From Eledone cirrhosa (taxonomy: Eukaryota), in NCBI GenBank assembly GCA_964016885.1, contig OZ024743.1:269638001-269702000 (forward strand): a stretch of 64,000 nt of DNA. Reading direction: 5' to 3'. Positions 14,701 through 28,649 of the stretch are shown in pieces. A model generated the notes under the pieces. The model saw nothing but the letters and a program-made list of their open reading frames with translations, had not been told where the DNA came from and did no database searches. Both the position numbers and the translations under genes were made by a program. Each line of letters starts with the position of its first letter. The stretch's first letter is position 1.

Positions 14701-15791
14701 GTAGTAAAGAGGTTCGTATGTTGTGGGTTCGTCTTAGGGAGAAGTGTTTAGACGGGGTCCGTATTTGTTAATAAAGTGAGATTCCTTGCTGATGCGTTGG
14801 GTGTGGTGGCATTATCTTTAAATTTGTAGAGGGGAAAGCTTCTAAAGTTGGGTTGATTTTGTCGAGAACAATACATAGGCCAGACGAAAAACAGATTCCG
14901 CCAACGCATGACTGCCATAGATCCCAGTTTAAAATACGGGAATACAGGAAAATACCACTGAGTGAACACATTGATACCTGTGCCGTCCAAAATCATCCTA
15001 ACTTCAGAATCTTTCCCCTCTACAAATTTAAAGATAATGCCACCCACACCCAGCGCATCAGCAAGGAATCTCACTTTATTAACAAATACGGACCCCGTCT
15101 AAACACTTCTCCCTAAGACGAACCCACAACATACACACGTCAACATACATACCTACATCAGCATACATCTTTATCCACATATAAACACAATGACATACGT
15201 AAACACACATGTTCTATGGTGCAACACAAATATACACAAATTTGCATACCTTTTGATGTCTATAGATATAAACGTGCCGACACACACACATACATATACG
15301 CACACATGCATTGTACACTGATGGGCACATACATATTTGTACACAAGTATTCCAATACAGCACGGCCTAATGGATTCCCCTTGCAGTACGTACAATCTGG
15401 ACACTCACACACACCTTGGTATTATGCCAATACTATATATCATTTCACACCTTTTATTATTAAGGTTTTTGATGTTCTATTGAGAGAATCGTTTTTACTG
15501 AAAATATCGAATAATGTACACCATTTTTACCAGTATCACAAAAATACTGGTCCACCCACACACACACATACATTCTCACACACACACACATACACACACA
15601 CACATATATACACACACACACACATATATACACACACACATACACACGCGTACATTAACATACAAAGAGACATACACACACACACACACACACACTTCTC
15701 CGTATAAGTCAAGTGTTGAAAAATATCTTTTAACATGTTAAAATATCCCCCACACACGTACAGACACATTCCTCTACCACAAAATACTCTG

Positions 15792-15831
<40 letters not shown>

Positions 15832-15894
15832 ATATATACACACACACACACATATATACACACACACATACAGACGCGTACATTAACATACAAA

Positions 15895-15947
<53 letters not shown>

Positions 15948-16077
15948 CTCCGTATAAGACAAGAGCTGAAAAATATCTTTTAACATGTTAAAATATCCCC
16001 CACACACGTACAGACACATTCCTACTGACCATCCCTCTACCACGAATTACTCTGCTACACACACACACACACACACA

Positions 16078-16161
<84 letters not shown>

Positions 16162-16650
16162 TCTTAATAGGCATTTGAACTGTCAACAGGCTGCGGTTCG
16201 CACACACATCCCTGCTGACCATTATCACAACAACGAACCTCTTTACTACTACACACACACACACATATTTGTCTTGAAAGACTTATTTTTCAGTGACTTC
16301 TCAATCAGCCGAGACAAAGTTACATTTGGCGCAAAATCAATTTTTAACATTCATATGACCTCTACCGACCAATCAAAATTGTTTTGACCACAAGAATTTT
16401 TCCATACATCTGGAGCCACTTTTTTTTACATAAAACAGGTAGAATTTCCAAAACTAATCAGATTAGAGCAAACATCACGGGCGCTCTATTTCAAAATTAT
16501 TTTTGAAAAGCATTAGAAATGTGCAACCGGTAAAACTTAAAACCAAAACTGAATACTAACCAATACTATTACTAATTTTTACTTATTCCTAATTAAACTA
16601 TTTTTCACTGGGAACAATTTGTCAGCATTTTCTTTTCCTTTTACCAATAT
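14282..16650 (+). mobile_element. PLE GIY-YIG 3' fragment with an upstream inverted pLTR copy
   Basis: 14860-15116 encodes a frameshifted YIGQTKNRFRQRM..PLSEHIDTC..KESHFINKYGPRLN; 14282-14715 inverts 16232-16650 and 14716-14855 inverts 14995-15135. Confidence 0.85.
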
Positions 16651-16682
16651 ATCTTAACTCGTCTGTTACACCTCTATTCTTT

Positions 16683-16723
<41 letters not shown>

Positions 16724-16726
<3 letters not shown>

Positions 16727-17770
16727 TGGTTACACAACAGCTAGTTCACCATACCGAGAACAATTGTTTCACCTTAGCAGATCTTCAGCTCGGGATTTGT
16801 ATGGTTATAGGAACAGGAAGGACAACCGTACGAACGCGCATGCGCAGAAACTCGGTCACTTCACACAGGCAATACTAGACTGCGTGCGAGAGGTGTAAGG
16901 GAGATAACTGCGAAAGTCCGGAAAGTTTTTAGGTTGAAAATAAAATAAAAATAAATTAAAAATAAAATTACAAAGAATCAGTCCGGAGCCTTTTGCAATA
17001 GATGTTTGGTGACGTGTGGACAACGTGTGAAAAATTCACTTCTCGTGTTTAGGCAATCACTATTGCGTAATCTCTTTAGGATATTTATTTGTCCGAGAAT
17101 ACATAAGCCACACGTCGGATTTCCCCTTGCATATGGCTTGGACTTAGTGATGGCTTTCCATTGAATGGAGTAGCCTATACTTCAGTCCTTGAGGGACCAT
17201 ACGTGGCTCGCGAGTTTCGTGGATGAACGTCTGTCCGTGTATCTGAAGGTAGACTGGTGGTTCAGGAAACGCTCCTTGAATCGGCCCTCCTCCACGCTCA
17301 CATAGAATTTGACCTCCTGTGGTTCGTTTGGTCGGTTGGAAGTGACCACAGCTTCATAGCTTACAGCTGGTGTGTTGCATTTCTGTTGAAGGGGAAAAGC
17401 TTCAGGCTTACGTCAAGAGCACCCTGGTGGGGTGTTGCTCCTAGGGCTGCTGGTGATGTGGGCCATCATGTTCTTAGTGCAGGAGTATCCTAGTTTAACT
17501 TTGTGTCGGTTAAAGATGGAGCGGTATTTATGAATTAAGGGGAAGTGTCTATCTAAGAGGGCTAGACATTTTTTTCCTACATTGGTTTTAACGTTGAGTG
17601 AGAAGGGAGGAGAGAACCAGATAGTTTGTCTATTGTTGCGCTTACTTTTCCTAATGGTGTTGTTGCTAGTGGGAAAGTAAGTGATAGGTTGTGAGAAGCC
17701 GCTGTTAGCCAACGCCGTGTTATAGAAGGGTGCCGCTCTGACAAAGATAGCCTTATCAGAGGAGAGGTTT
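16724..17770 (-). mobile_element. Naiad-type PLE 3' fragment (RT thumb, Zn finger, GIY-YIG, pLTR)
   Basis: TIWFSPPFSLNVKTNVGK..IFNRHKVKLGYSC..GCS*RKPEAFPLQQKC..FKERFLNH..CGLC..LNTRSEFFTRCPH, stop at 16978-16980. Confidence 0.88.
16754..16793 (-). ncRNA. Type I hammerhead, palindromic stem III
   Basis: ccgag-CTGAAGA-TCT-gcta-AGG-t-GAAAC-AATT-GTT-ctcgg; perfect 5-bp stem I. Confidence 0.88.
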
Positions 17771-17815
17771 ATATATATATATATATACGGAAAAAATGAA
17801 ACGAAATTTCATATA

Positions 17816-17893
<78 letters not shown>

Positions 17894-18414
17894 TACAGAT
17901 ATAGATCGTATTCCACCTGTTTGTGACGAAATGATAACGTTAGAACTCAATGTGTCCTTGGATAGATAGTTGCAGCGAAATTAGGCGGTGTGGCCAGTAA
18001 TTTTTGTAGTGGGTGACCACCGCTTAATGTTTCCTCGAAGAAGTTCCGCCCAGGTTACAGACTCATTTACGTACGTTTGTGCTTAGAATAATGAAAAAGG
18101 CTTGTGCTTAGAATAATGAAAAAAGTCAGAGGTCGATAGTTGATTAGTTTAGAAATTGTTTTACGATCGTTTCAGAGTGTCGATTGATCGTGGAAGATCA
18201 ATGTATCGACTAGCATCGTAGTGGTTAGGCTACTACGTATTTCTGGTCTCGAAATTCCTATTTAATCGAACATTTTCTTCAGAAATATATCCGAAACGTT
18301 AGGACTCTCTCCCTGCTATTTGAAGCGTTAAACTAATATATTCCTTCCATGTACTGTGCCGTTTGTTTTGTTATTTTTGTTATTACTTTTACACTCACAC
18401 GCAAACTCACACTC

Positions 18415-18485
<71 letters not shown>

Positions 18486-18500
18486 TACATACATACACAC

Positions 18501-18533
<33 letters not shown>

Positions 18534-18975
18534 CATACATATATACATACATATACATACTTACATATATATGTGTAAATGCATAAACATATGTATTTCG
18601 AAGGAGTTTATTCGTTGGTTTATGTTTGAAGTATATATTATTGCAAAATATAGATTATCCCCGCGCCCACCCCCAAATAGAAAAGAAAGATGAGTCTGTA
18701 AATGACATTTGTTGTGGTGAGTTGACGACGTCTTTTGTTATGTTGAGAAGAGTTAACAGAATAATCCAGTTCCCTCTTCTTATAATGGAATCTGCGGTTG
18801 GTTTCGGACTTTGGTTTCGAATATGGTCTTCGTGTGTTGGAGCGTTTCAGTGTATGTGTACGTACAAGTGTGTCTGTGTGCGTTTGTGTGTGTGTGTACA
18901 CATATGTATATATGGATATATGTTCGGGTGTCAGCCTCACGGCTTTTGCCCCAATATATATATACTATGCATACA

Positions 18976-19043
<68 letters not shown>

Positions 19044-19375
19044 TGTATGCATAGTATATTTGGCAATATACCGTGTGTTTAATTAAAAAACATTTTGTAG
19101 ACCTTGCGCTATCTTTTTAAAGTAGTGACTATGTCACTCGGCAAAGAAATAAGAGAAGCTGACAGAAGGGAGAGAAGCTGACATAACACCACACACTACA
19201 CCACACACAACACCACACATAACATCATACAGGCAACATTATATATACACACATCAAGAGGATATCTAAATATACATTACGAATCTGTCCTTCGGACTTT
19301 CATTGCTGATGACTTAATCTGCTGAATATTTGCAGGGAGTGTGTTTATGTGGAGTATTATTATTATTATTATTAT

Positions 19376-22300
19376 TCTTTGAGTCTCAGTCATTGATGTT
19401 AGTTAACTGGAAAGTTTGTTGAAATGAATATCAAGCCGCTACCTGCAGCCTCAGATATTCAGAACGTATCGGAGGGTTCTTGCTGTTCCCAACAAGCATG
19501 CCTTTTGAAGTGTTCCAAAAAGCGGGGCGGGGCCAATTTTCTTTAACCATCCCTGGAAACTCTTTGAGATAATACCTAGTGTGCCTATGACAATCGGGAC
19601 CACTTTGACTTCATGGCAGTTCCAAATCCTTTTTACCTCCCACTTCAAGTCCTGGTATCGGTTAATTTTCTCCCTCTCCTTCTCTTGCACTCTCGTGTCG
19701 AATGGGCAGGCCACATCCACAATCAGGCACGATCTTTTTTCCTTGTCCAAAACCACCAGGTCAGGTCTATTGTGTTCCAGCTTCTTGTCCGTCTGTATCC
19801 TAAAATCCCACAGCACCTTCACCTGATCGTTTCTATCACCGACTCTGGCTTATGCTCATACCACTTCTCAGAATGTGGTAAATTGTTTACTTTGCATAGG
19901 TGCCAGTGGATCACCCTGCCCATCACATCATGTCTCCAGCCTTTATAGTAAGTCTGGGCTATGTGTTTACACTCAGATACAATGTGAGCCACAGTCTCCT
20001 CTCTCTCTCCACAGATCCTGCACAGTGGGCTAGCCTTCTCCTTGTAAATATGGTGTTTCAGCCACGTCGTTTTGAGGGCCTGCTCTTGCACAGCCATTAG
20101 CCTTCCTTCTGTAGCCTTTTTAAGGTCTTCTCTTTTCAACCAGTTCCATGTCTGTGGATCTCTGAATTCAGTTTTCTCAAAGAAGGTACTATGACGGGAT
20201 TTTTCATGAAGGCTGCTCTTTCTCCTCGTTGTTATTTCCTCCTTGGACATCCCCTGGTCTATTGTCCTCTCCTTCAGTACAATTCTGAGCATTGGCTCCT
20301 TACTATCAGTCACGTATTTGTGTAGGTTGTTTTTCTCCATCTGAACACAGTCCTCTATGCTGATAAGACCTCTTCCATCTTCAGATCTCCTTAAGTAGAG
20401 TCTATCGACATCACTCCTCTTGTGGAACATGTTGTAGATAGTCAATAGCTTCCTAGTCTTCTTATCCATTTCTTTTTGTTCAGCAACATTCCATCTCAGA
20501 ATTCCTGCACTGTACCTAATAATAGACACAGCTCGGGAATTTACTGCACTTATGGCATTCCTACTGTTCAGATGTGACTTTAATACGCTCATTACTCTCC
20601 GAATGTATTCAGATCTTATCAATTCCTTCATTTTTTTGTTCTTGATGTCATCAGCCTCCAGAACACCCAAATACTTGTATCCTTCTTCAGTGTCAATTTC
20701 CTTTATCATCTCACCTGTTGGTACCTGGATTCCGTTGCTTCTGCTCAATATACCCCTCTTCATTACAAGGACTCCACACTTACTAATACCAAATTGCATA
20801 CATATATCATTGCTGAAAATACGGACAGTGTCAACAAGCACATCCAACTCCTTCTCACTCTTCCCGAAGAGCTTAAGATCGTCCATGAAGAGGAGGTGAT
20901 TAATGGTAAGCTCTCCCTTTCCCAACTTGTGTCCTGTTCTCACTTTTCGCAGTATAATGGTCAGGGGCATCAGGGCAAGGACAAACAACAGAGGGGACAG
21001 ACTATCTCCCTGGAAGATACCTCTCTTGATCTTCACGCCTCCCAAGGATTCTCCAGCTGATGTTAACTCTGTTTTCCAGGACTTTATACTTTTGCTCAAC
21101 AACTGTCTGATGTTATCTGCCACATTGAAGATCTCTAGGCTTTTGGTGATCCAAGAATGAAGCACTATGTCAAATGCCTTTTTGTAGTCTATCCATCCCA
21201 TGGCAAGACCAGTGTGTCATCTCTTGCAATTCCTCATTACCATCTTATCGATAAGTAACTGGTCCTTTGTACCACGGGACTTCTTTCGGCATCCTTTCTG
21301 TTCGTCCGGTAACATGTTGTTTGTGTTGAGGTGATGGTAGATTTCCTCAGACACAATGCTTGTCAACAGTTTACACATTACGGACAGACATGTGATAGGT
21401 CTATAGTTGGTAACTTCATTACCCTTGATTCGGTCTTTCATTACCAGAACTGTGGTACCTTTTGTCAAGTACTCTGGTACCTCACCTGACATCAAGCAGT
21501 CGTTGAACATGGTTGTCAGTTTCGGGTGGAGGGATGTTATATTTCTAATCCAATACCCCTGCACATCATCTGGGCCTGGTGATTTCCAGTTGGTTAGTTT
21601 TTTGGCCTGCCCCTTAAGAGTTTCAACTGTGATACTCAAATCAGTTTGTTGGTGTGCCTGTTCAATAATCTCCTTTTGTACTGTCTCAATCCACACTGCC
21701 TGGTCGTTATGTTTAACATCCTGCTCCCATATTCCTCTCCAGAATGTCTTAGTTTGTTCCGCCTCAGGGATCAAGTCGTTGCCTCTTTCTTTCCCTTCAA
21801 GCTGTCCAATCAACATCTTCTGGTTGTTATCAAACATGCGGTTCTGTCTATACTGACTGACTCTGTTCTCGTATCGCCTAATTTTTGCACTCTTTGCTAC
21901 AATGCGTTGCTTCAGTTCCTCTATGATAATATTTAGCTTTTTCCTCCTAGTTTTGTACTTTATTTCCAGTCTATTTTTAGTGTCTATGTTTTTTAGTGTC
22001 CCATTCAGTAGGGACTCATGCTTTCCAATGTCATTTCTCATTTCCCTGATTTGACCATTCAGTCGTTTCTTCCACCAAGGTTCTGATCTTTCTTGTTTCC
22101 TCTCGCTTTTATGCCAAATAATTTCCTCACCGCATTTGCGGTTGCTTTGAGGATATTGTTGCACTAGTGAAGGCTCCTCGCCTCAAGGTATGGGATGACT
22201 TTGTTTACCTTAGCTGTTGTTTCTTTTAATTTTTTCCTGTCTACAAATCTTAGGTTCATAGGTTTCCCACTATCATTGTTCATTTCATCTACCACTAAGT

Positions 22301-22912
22301 TTAGGATATCAACCAAATCTTCTCCTAGCCCGTCAGCATTCATCTCCTCAATGGCCGTATCTTTGTTCCAGGTATTATTTATTTCAGCATTCAGATTATT
22401 GTCTGCTTCGGATGGTTCCTCCGTTCTCTCAACCTCTTCACCTTCATTTCCCACTGGCTCGTTTGCCTGGCATACTCCACTCTCCATTTCCAACCTAATC
22501 CCTCTGCTCAGTTCCTCCAGTTCCAGCTCGCTTATCCACCCATTAGTTCTTATTACCCGAGCCTGCCCGGCCAATTTTTGTTCATCTAATTTAAATAGAC
22601 CAATCTCGTTTCAGATGTTATGCATCCGTTTCCTATAGCCTTTTTCCTTGGGGTTACTCTTCAGGTAACATTGCATAACAGTTCTATTCAATTCTTTCGT
22701 CCAGTTGGTTCTGGTCCCTTTCCTTCTTCCTCTTCCTCCGACACCAGCAGTATTTGGTTGACAGCCAGGTCCCTGCTGCTGAGCCAGGGAGCACCTGCTG
22801 GGTGAGAGTCTGTCACATGACATTCCAGTCTCCACTTCACCGTTATTCGAACTGTTTAGGTTCGACATTTAAACACTCTTATCGAGGATTGGTGAATGTA
22901 TGGTTACATAAC

Positions 22913-22913
<1 letters not shown>
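19376..22913 (-). mobile_element. R4/Dong-clade non-LTR retrotransposon (RT, CCHC knuckle, PD-(D/E)xK endonuclease), near full length, frameshifted
   Basis: KSPGPD, NYRPITCL, EQKGC, WIDYKKAFD, GIFQGDSLSP, LFMDDLK, YKYLG, CRIC..ETVAHIVSEC, RHD, RPDLVV..IVDVACP; (TAT)n on both flanks. Confidence 0.93.
19451..22868 (-). pseudogene. Disrupted single ORF of the R4/Dong element (segments 22611-22868, 22164-22574, 21217-22164, 19819-21201, 19451-19822)
   Basis: Collinear domains split by frameshifts or stops. Confidence 0.88.
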
Positions 22914-22946
<33 letters not shown>

Positions 22947-22949
22947 AAT

Positions 22950-23072
22950 CCTTTACGATCTGAGTTCAAATCCCGCCGAGGTTGACTTTGCCTTTCATCC
23001 TTACGGGGTCGATAAAATAAAGTACCAGTAATGCACTGGGTAATTGCTGGCCTTGTGCCTAAAGTAGAAACA

Positions 23073-23075
<3 letters not shown>
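22950..23075 (+). mobile_element. tRNA-derived SINE with Meta-like core, 5'-truncated
   Basis: B box gagttcaaatcc then ctttgcctttcatccttacggggtcgataaaataaagtaccag and a (TAT)n tail. Confidence 0.8.
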
Positions 23076-23154
<79 letters not shown>

Positions 23155-23194
23155 ATAGTAGTAGTAGTAGTAGTATTAGTAGTAGTAGTAGTAA

Positions 23195-23235
<41 letters not shown>

Positions 23236-23244
23236 GTAGTAATC

Positions 23245-23317
<73 letters not shown>

Positions 23318-23325
23318 ATGTAATG

Positions 23326-23368
<43 letters not shown>
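23072..23368. repeat. (TAT)n-(TAG)n trinucleotide array
   Basis: Direct. Confidence 0.95.
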
Positions 23369-23371
23369 CAT

Positions 23372-23402
<31 letters not shown>

Positions 23403-23637
23403 GGTAGTAGTTGTAGTAGTTGTTATTAATATCATGGATAAGAGAGAGACAAGAAGGCGGTATCGTGGTGAGACGGTTGAGATTGTTAGTACAAGGTATT
23501 TCCAGAGGGACGAAACATACATTGGTGCAATCTCCACTCCCTACCCTTGTCTCACTATTGCATTGATATGATAAATATAACAAACCAAGTCAACATGGAA
23601 TACAAATACACACACACACACACACATACACACACAT

Positions 23638-23683
<46 letters not shown>

Positions 23684-24454
23684 GTGTGTATATATATATA
23701 AATATATATATCATTCCTGTTGTTTACCAATGGGTAGATCTGGTCATTCAAGTTAGCAATCATGATGTACTAACTAAAGCACTCGACGTTATGCGAATCA
23801 TCTTTCGTAGATGAGGTATTCCTTGGCTGGTGCAGGTGATGATTCCTCACAACCATAAAACCGATTTGGCAGGCTATCTCCGAATGAAATTTATTCTCTA
23901 TACTCTTTATTTGCTGCAATCCTGTTATCGATTAGCTAATTTTGCAATCTATACCTCATGAAGTCGGCAAAGCTTCACGTCATGATCGGATAATGTAACC
24001 AAATCATTGAAATACGTATAGTGTTTTGTGACATTAAAAATCGTTAAAAGAATATTTCCAGTCCCGCCTGTTGTTAATACAACGCTACCTTTTTCCTTAC
24101 CATCTTGGTGTGTTGCTAGCGAACATATAAGATACTGAATCTGGTTTCTTACTAATGTTTAGTGACAGATATATCTGCCTTTTTATTGGTGGCATTTGTA
24201 GGCTCTGAGAAAACTTCCTCAATACTATTGTTGAGAAATGTATTACTTCTATCTCGACGTATTCTTTAGCCTTTCGCTTGCATGTTGATTCAGCCGCCAC
24301 TTCTGTCCGGGTATCTTCCGTTAATTGCCCTTCTTTGTATCACCACGACGCTGCCGCCCCCGCCACATCAACACGAGCAACAGTGCAACAGTGCTCCCAT
24401 CCCGAAAAACAAGAGCAATGATAAAGACGTTGGGGATTGCTTTGATGATTGCGG

Positions 24455-24800
24455 CACCACCACCACCATCGCCATCACCATCACAGTCATCACCAGCACC
24501 ACTACCAGCACCACCACCATCACCACCACCACCACCGCCACCACAACCAGCACCACCAGCACCACCACCACCACCGCCACCACAACCAGCACCACCAGCA
24601 CCACCAGTACCACCAGTACCACCAGCACCACCACTCGCACCAGCACCAGCACCATCACAATCACCACCACCCCCAGCACCACAACCCCCAGCACCCCCAG
24701 CACCACTAACACCACCAGCACCAGCACCACCATCACCACCACCATCAGCACCAGCGCCAGCACCACCACCACCACCATCACCACCACCACCACTAATAAT
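24455..24800. repeat. (CAC/CAG)n degenerate trinucleotide array
   Basis: Direct. Confidence 0.92.
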
Positions 24801-24821
24801 AATAATTACGAGAAAAAAAAA

Positions 24822-24998
24822 ATCGTTTCTACTTTTGGCACGAGGCCAACAATTATATCAGTGCATTACTGGTACTTTATTTTATCGACCCCGTGCGGAT
24901 GAAATGCCAACTTAACCTCGGCGGGATTTAAACTCAGACCATAAAGGGCCGTAACTCTTTGCTGCAAAGCATGGCGTCAGACCCTCTACCGTTACTGC
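24822..24998 (-). mobile_element. SINE, Meta-like family
   Basis: Reverse complement of the 25950-26125 copy. Confidence 0.75.
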
Positions 24999-25419
24999 CA
25001 ATGTTACTAATGATAGTACAGCACAGAAGATAGTGTAAAAAAATATAAAAAAAATATTAGTAATACATAAGGAATAAGAAACAGATAAAAGAATACAAGA
25101 TAAGAGATGAAAGATAAGAAATGGAAGATAAAAAATATAAAAATAAGAAATAAAGAAATATATAAAAAAGATTAGAATAAAAATGACCAAAGTAAAAAAA
25201 AAAAAGAAAGAATGGAACATAATAAGTAAATAAGTAAAGCGAAGTGAACCAAGACGGAACCGATATGCTAAAGTGGCTGACAGAAATAACCTAAATCAAT
25301 CCTGTTATATCCTTGTGTTATTACCATGTTTACTAAAGGCGTGATGTTCTGTTAGATTGTTTAAAGCGGCTTATCCTCGCAACATAATCTCCACGGATAA
25401 GCACCTTAATTATCTGCAT

Positions 25420-25640
25420 TGGTTGAGTCTGAGTGGTTAGAGAATTAGATTCGCAATCGTGGGGTTTTGAGTTCAATTCCCGGACAGGGGGATGCGTTAT
25501 GTCTTAGGGCAAGACACTTTATTTCACGTTGCGCCTTCTTCTACCTGAAGTTGCCAGCGATAGAGTGTATTAGCAATTGGAAAGACCAATGGAAACATTG
25601 TTCCCTCGGTTCGATTTGACGAAAGTCGATCGGCTGTCGA
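25420..25640 (+). mobile_element. tRNA-derived SINE with CORE-like body
   Basis: A-box-like tgagtggttagag, B box gagttcaattcc, then gtcttagggcaagacactttatttcacg. Confidence 0.7.
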
Positions 25641-25728
25641 TATATATATATATATATATATATAGTATGGTTGCTAGGATGCGTCCATAGGCGGTATGCC
25701 GGTTGAGCACTCTATGCTCCTTCGGAGC

Positions 25729-25867
<139 letters not shown>

Positions 25868-25949
25868 AATATTATATATGTAATTTCGATTGGTATCTAC
25901 TATACTTTGGCTACAACTTCGATTTACACCTATTATTATTATTACTAAT

Positions 25950-26125
25950 TGACAGTATCGGTAGAGGGTCGGACGCCATGCTTTCCAGCATAGTTACGTC
26001 CCTTTACGATCTGGGTTCAAATCCCGCCGAGGTTGACTTTACCTTTCATCCTTACGGGGTCGATAAAATAAAGTACCAGTAATGCACTGGGTAATTGTTG
26101 GCCTTGTGCCTAAACGTAGAAAATT
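25950..26125 (+). mobile_element. SINE, Meta-like family, full length
   Basis: tRNA-like head with B box gggttcaaatcc plus conserved core; other copies near 33505, 40230 (-), 40490, 42070, 48315 (-), 56849 (-). Confidence 0.8.
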
Positions 26126-26747
26126 ATTACTATTCTCCTAGTTTCATGTATTCGATTGATAATGTGTTAGTTATTTTTTGTTTATAAACGCTAGTTGAGA
26201 GTTTTTATTTGTGACAGTGATAATGTCTTTGTTCACATCCTGAATTCACCCGCCAACTGTCCGGCTAACCTGATCGTCCTCTTTTGAGAAAAATCACGTG
26301 GTGACACTGGCGAATTTACTACTACGGTAGAATGCCTCACTATTTCCAAACCGGACCACGTTGTATAACACGGAACGAAAGTCTGCTGACGAAGGCACCT
26401 TCCAGTTCCACTGTGAAAGTGCATATATGACTTGCATATGTATTATGGAATTCGTGGTGCATCTTCCCTAGGTCCCAGAAAACTATCGAAGATTTTTATC
26501 CACTTCTTATCTACTCGAGATGATCCAGCTTAACCTTGACCTGTTTGTATTTATCGTTGTGGTATAAATATGATCTCATGCATTTGGTCAGTTTTCTTGG
26601 TATCACACTTTCTTTATGTCTACTCAGGACGAAAATGTATTAACTCTTCGCACTATTGAGAGTTTTATGACTGCCTCAAGCATTTCGGTTGATATCTGCT
26701 ATACTGCGGCCACAACTTCGATTTATACCTATTATTATTACACACAA

Positions 26748-26794
<47 letters not shown>

Positions 26795-26820
26795 GACATA
26801 TATATATCTATATCTCTCTC

Positions 26821-26926
<106 letters not shown>

Positions 26927-27569
26927 TAGTGTAATTTTGTAAAGAAGATCCAAAGTCGGGAGAGCCGTCTGGCATTTAGGTGGTTCAAATGTTTATTAAT
27001 TTGCATATTCCGGTAACCTTTGTGTCTGGCGCCAAATCCTCAGCCTCTAATGGCCTCATCTTGAAATAGCTGTGTTCCTTTCCTTCGATTGTGAAAGACA
27101 TCTTAAAAGAGAATTAGTAGGAATAATAAATACGGAGAAAGAGGTGATTAGATATAATAAGTGGTAAAAGAAATATCCATTTGAATATCTGAAAGTCGTT
27201 TCGTGATTTTTAGAAACGGGTTTCGAAACGACTCGCCGACATTACAACATATGTCCAGGTTTCATATATATGATGTTGATTCAATAAAGAGTCTTCAGCT
27301 TCATATATTCCCGCCGGGCTGTTACATCGTTGATCCATTGGGTAAAGACAGACACCGTTTGACACCAGTATTATCATGAAGTTCTTTTTTAAGCTGAGTG
27401 TCTTGCTCAAAAAGATAAAGCATCGCTTCATCATGAGAGCGAACTCATTACCTTATGAGCATAAGACTAGCACTCTAAATACTAAGCCATGCACCGCTAC
27501 TACATAATTGCATGTAAAAACACACACACACATATATATGTGTGTGTGTGTATGTATATATACACCACG

Positions 27570-27628
<59 letters not shown>

Positions 27629-28356
27629 ATTAATATATGTATATATATGAATATACATACAGATATACATACATACATCCATACATAGGTACACATGTAT
27701 ACACACACACATTCATATATTAATAAATGAAAGCACGTGAGGGGTTCTAACTGTATCGAAACTCAAGGAGTCACAAGATTGTGAGATGAGTAATTCTTTG
27801 GTCTCCAGAGGTTATAAAGCAACAAAGATTTAGAACACCTAAATATACTTTCTTATCTTGAGATAATTACCAACAAAGGATATTGTATCTGTGTACGGCA
27901 AGTACGTACAAGTTGTAAACACCCAACCTGTGAAAACTGTGATGTAATTTTGATTCCTAGAAAGTCACTTTTGTTCTCCCTTATCGTCAATTACTGGAAG
28001 AAGAAACAAAAGAAAAATCCCTCCCCTAAAAAAAGAAAACTCTATACAGCCCACCCATATTCTCTAAGATGTTGCCACAGCATGGTCGAATGGGTTTAGA
28101 AATTTCCTTTGCAGATATTTTATCACGGGCTCGCTCTCACTGTATGTCATCTTGTGCAAGTGTCACTTACCGTAGTGTGAGGTTGACCAATGGTGAGTGA
28201 CTGAAGTTGGTTGGAGGGAAACTGTTTAGAAGCTAGTTGAGTAGATTGTAACTGTAATATCAGCAGCCAGCCTTCTCACACATTGGAATACTCAAATACT
28301 TAAACATTAATGTTATGTGGTTCATTCTATTTTTTGAAATATTGGGGAATTAGCAA

Positions 28357-28473
<117 letters not shown>

Positions 28474-28566
28474 GATACCAGAACTATAAAAATGAGCGGA
28501 ACAAGCAAACATTGAACAATCTTTTACAGAAATTAAAATACGATTTAAATATTCACCTGTTCTAGT

Positions 28567-28649
28567 GCGGTGACTGACGGTTTCGCTTATCATCAAAAGA
28601 TTGGAAATTCAGAGAATTTCCAAAGGAAAGAATCAGCTCTTCAGACAGC
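28567..28649 (-). ncRNA. Type I hammerhead, long stem II
   Basis: gctgt-CTGAAGA-GCT..TTGGAAATT..AATTTCCAA..AGC-GAAAC-cgtca-GTC-accgc. Confidence 0.72.

Noticed and set aside
14282-16650. Cut-and-paste DNA transposon with long TIRs (also 33917-37116)
   Set aside because: Interior encodes PLE RT/GIY-YIG, and the arms are inverted copies of the element's own 3' end
19308-19340. CTGATGA motif
   Set aside because: No GAAA or stem III
25950-26030. tRNA gene
   Set aside because: A/B boxes belong to a multi-copy SINE head; no intact cloverleaf
26385-26500. CTGACGA followed by a long stem (gcacc..ggtgc)
   Set aside because: No correctly placed GAAA..UH; at best a decayed ribozyme
27190-27305. Minus-strand CTGAAGA-CTC..GAG..GAAAC with a nearby acceptor-like site
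   Set aside because: Stem I cannot be formed convincingly
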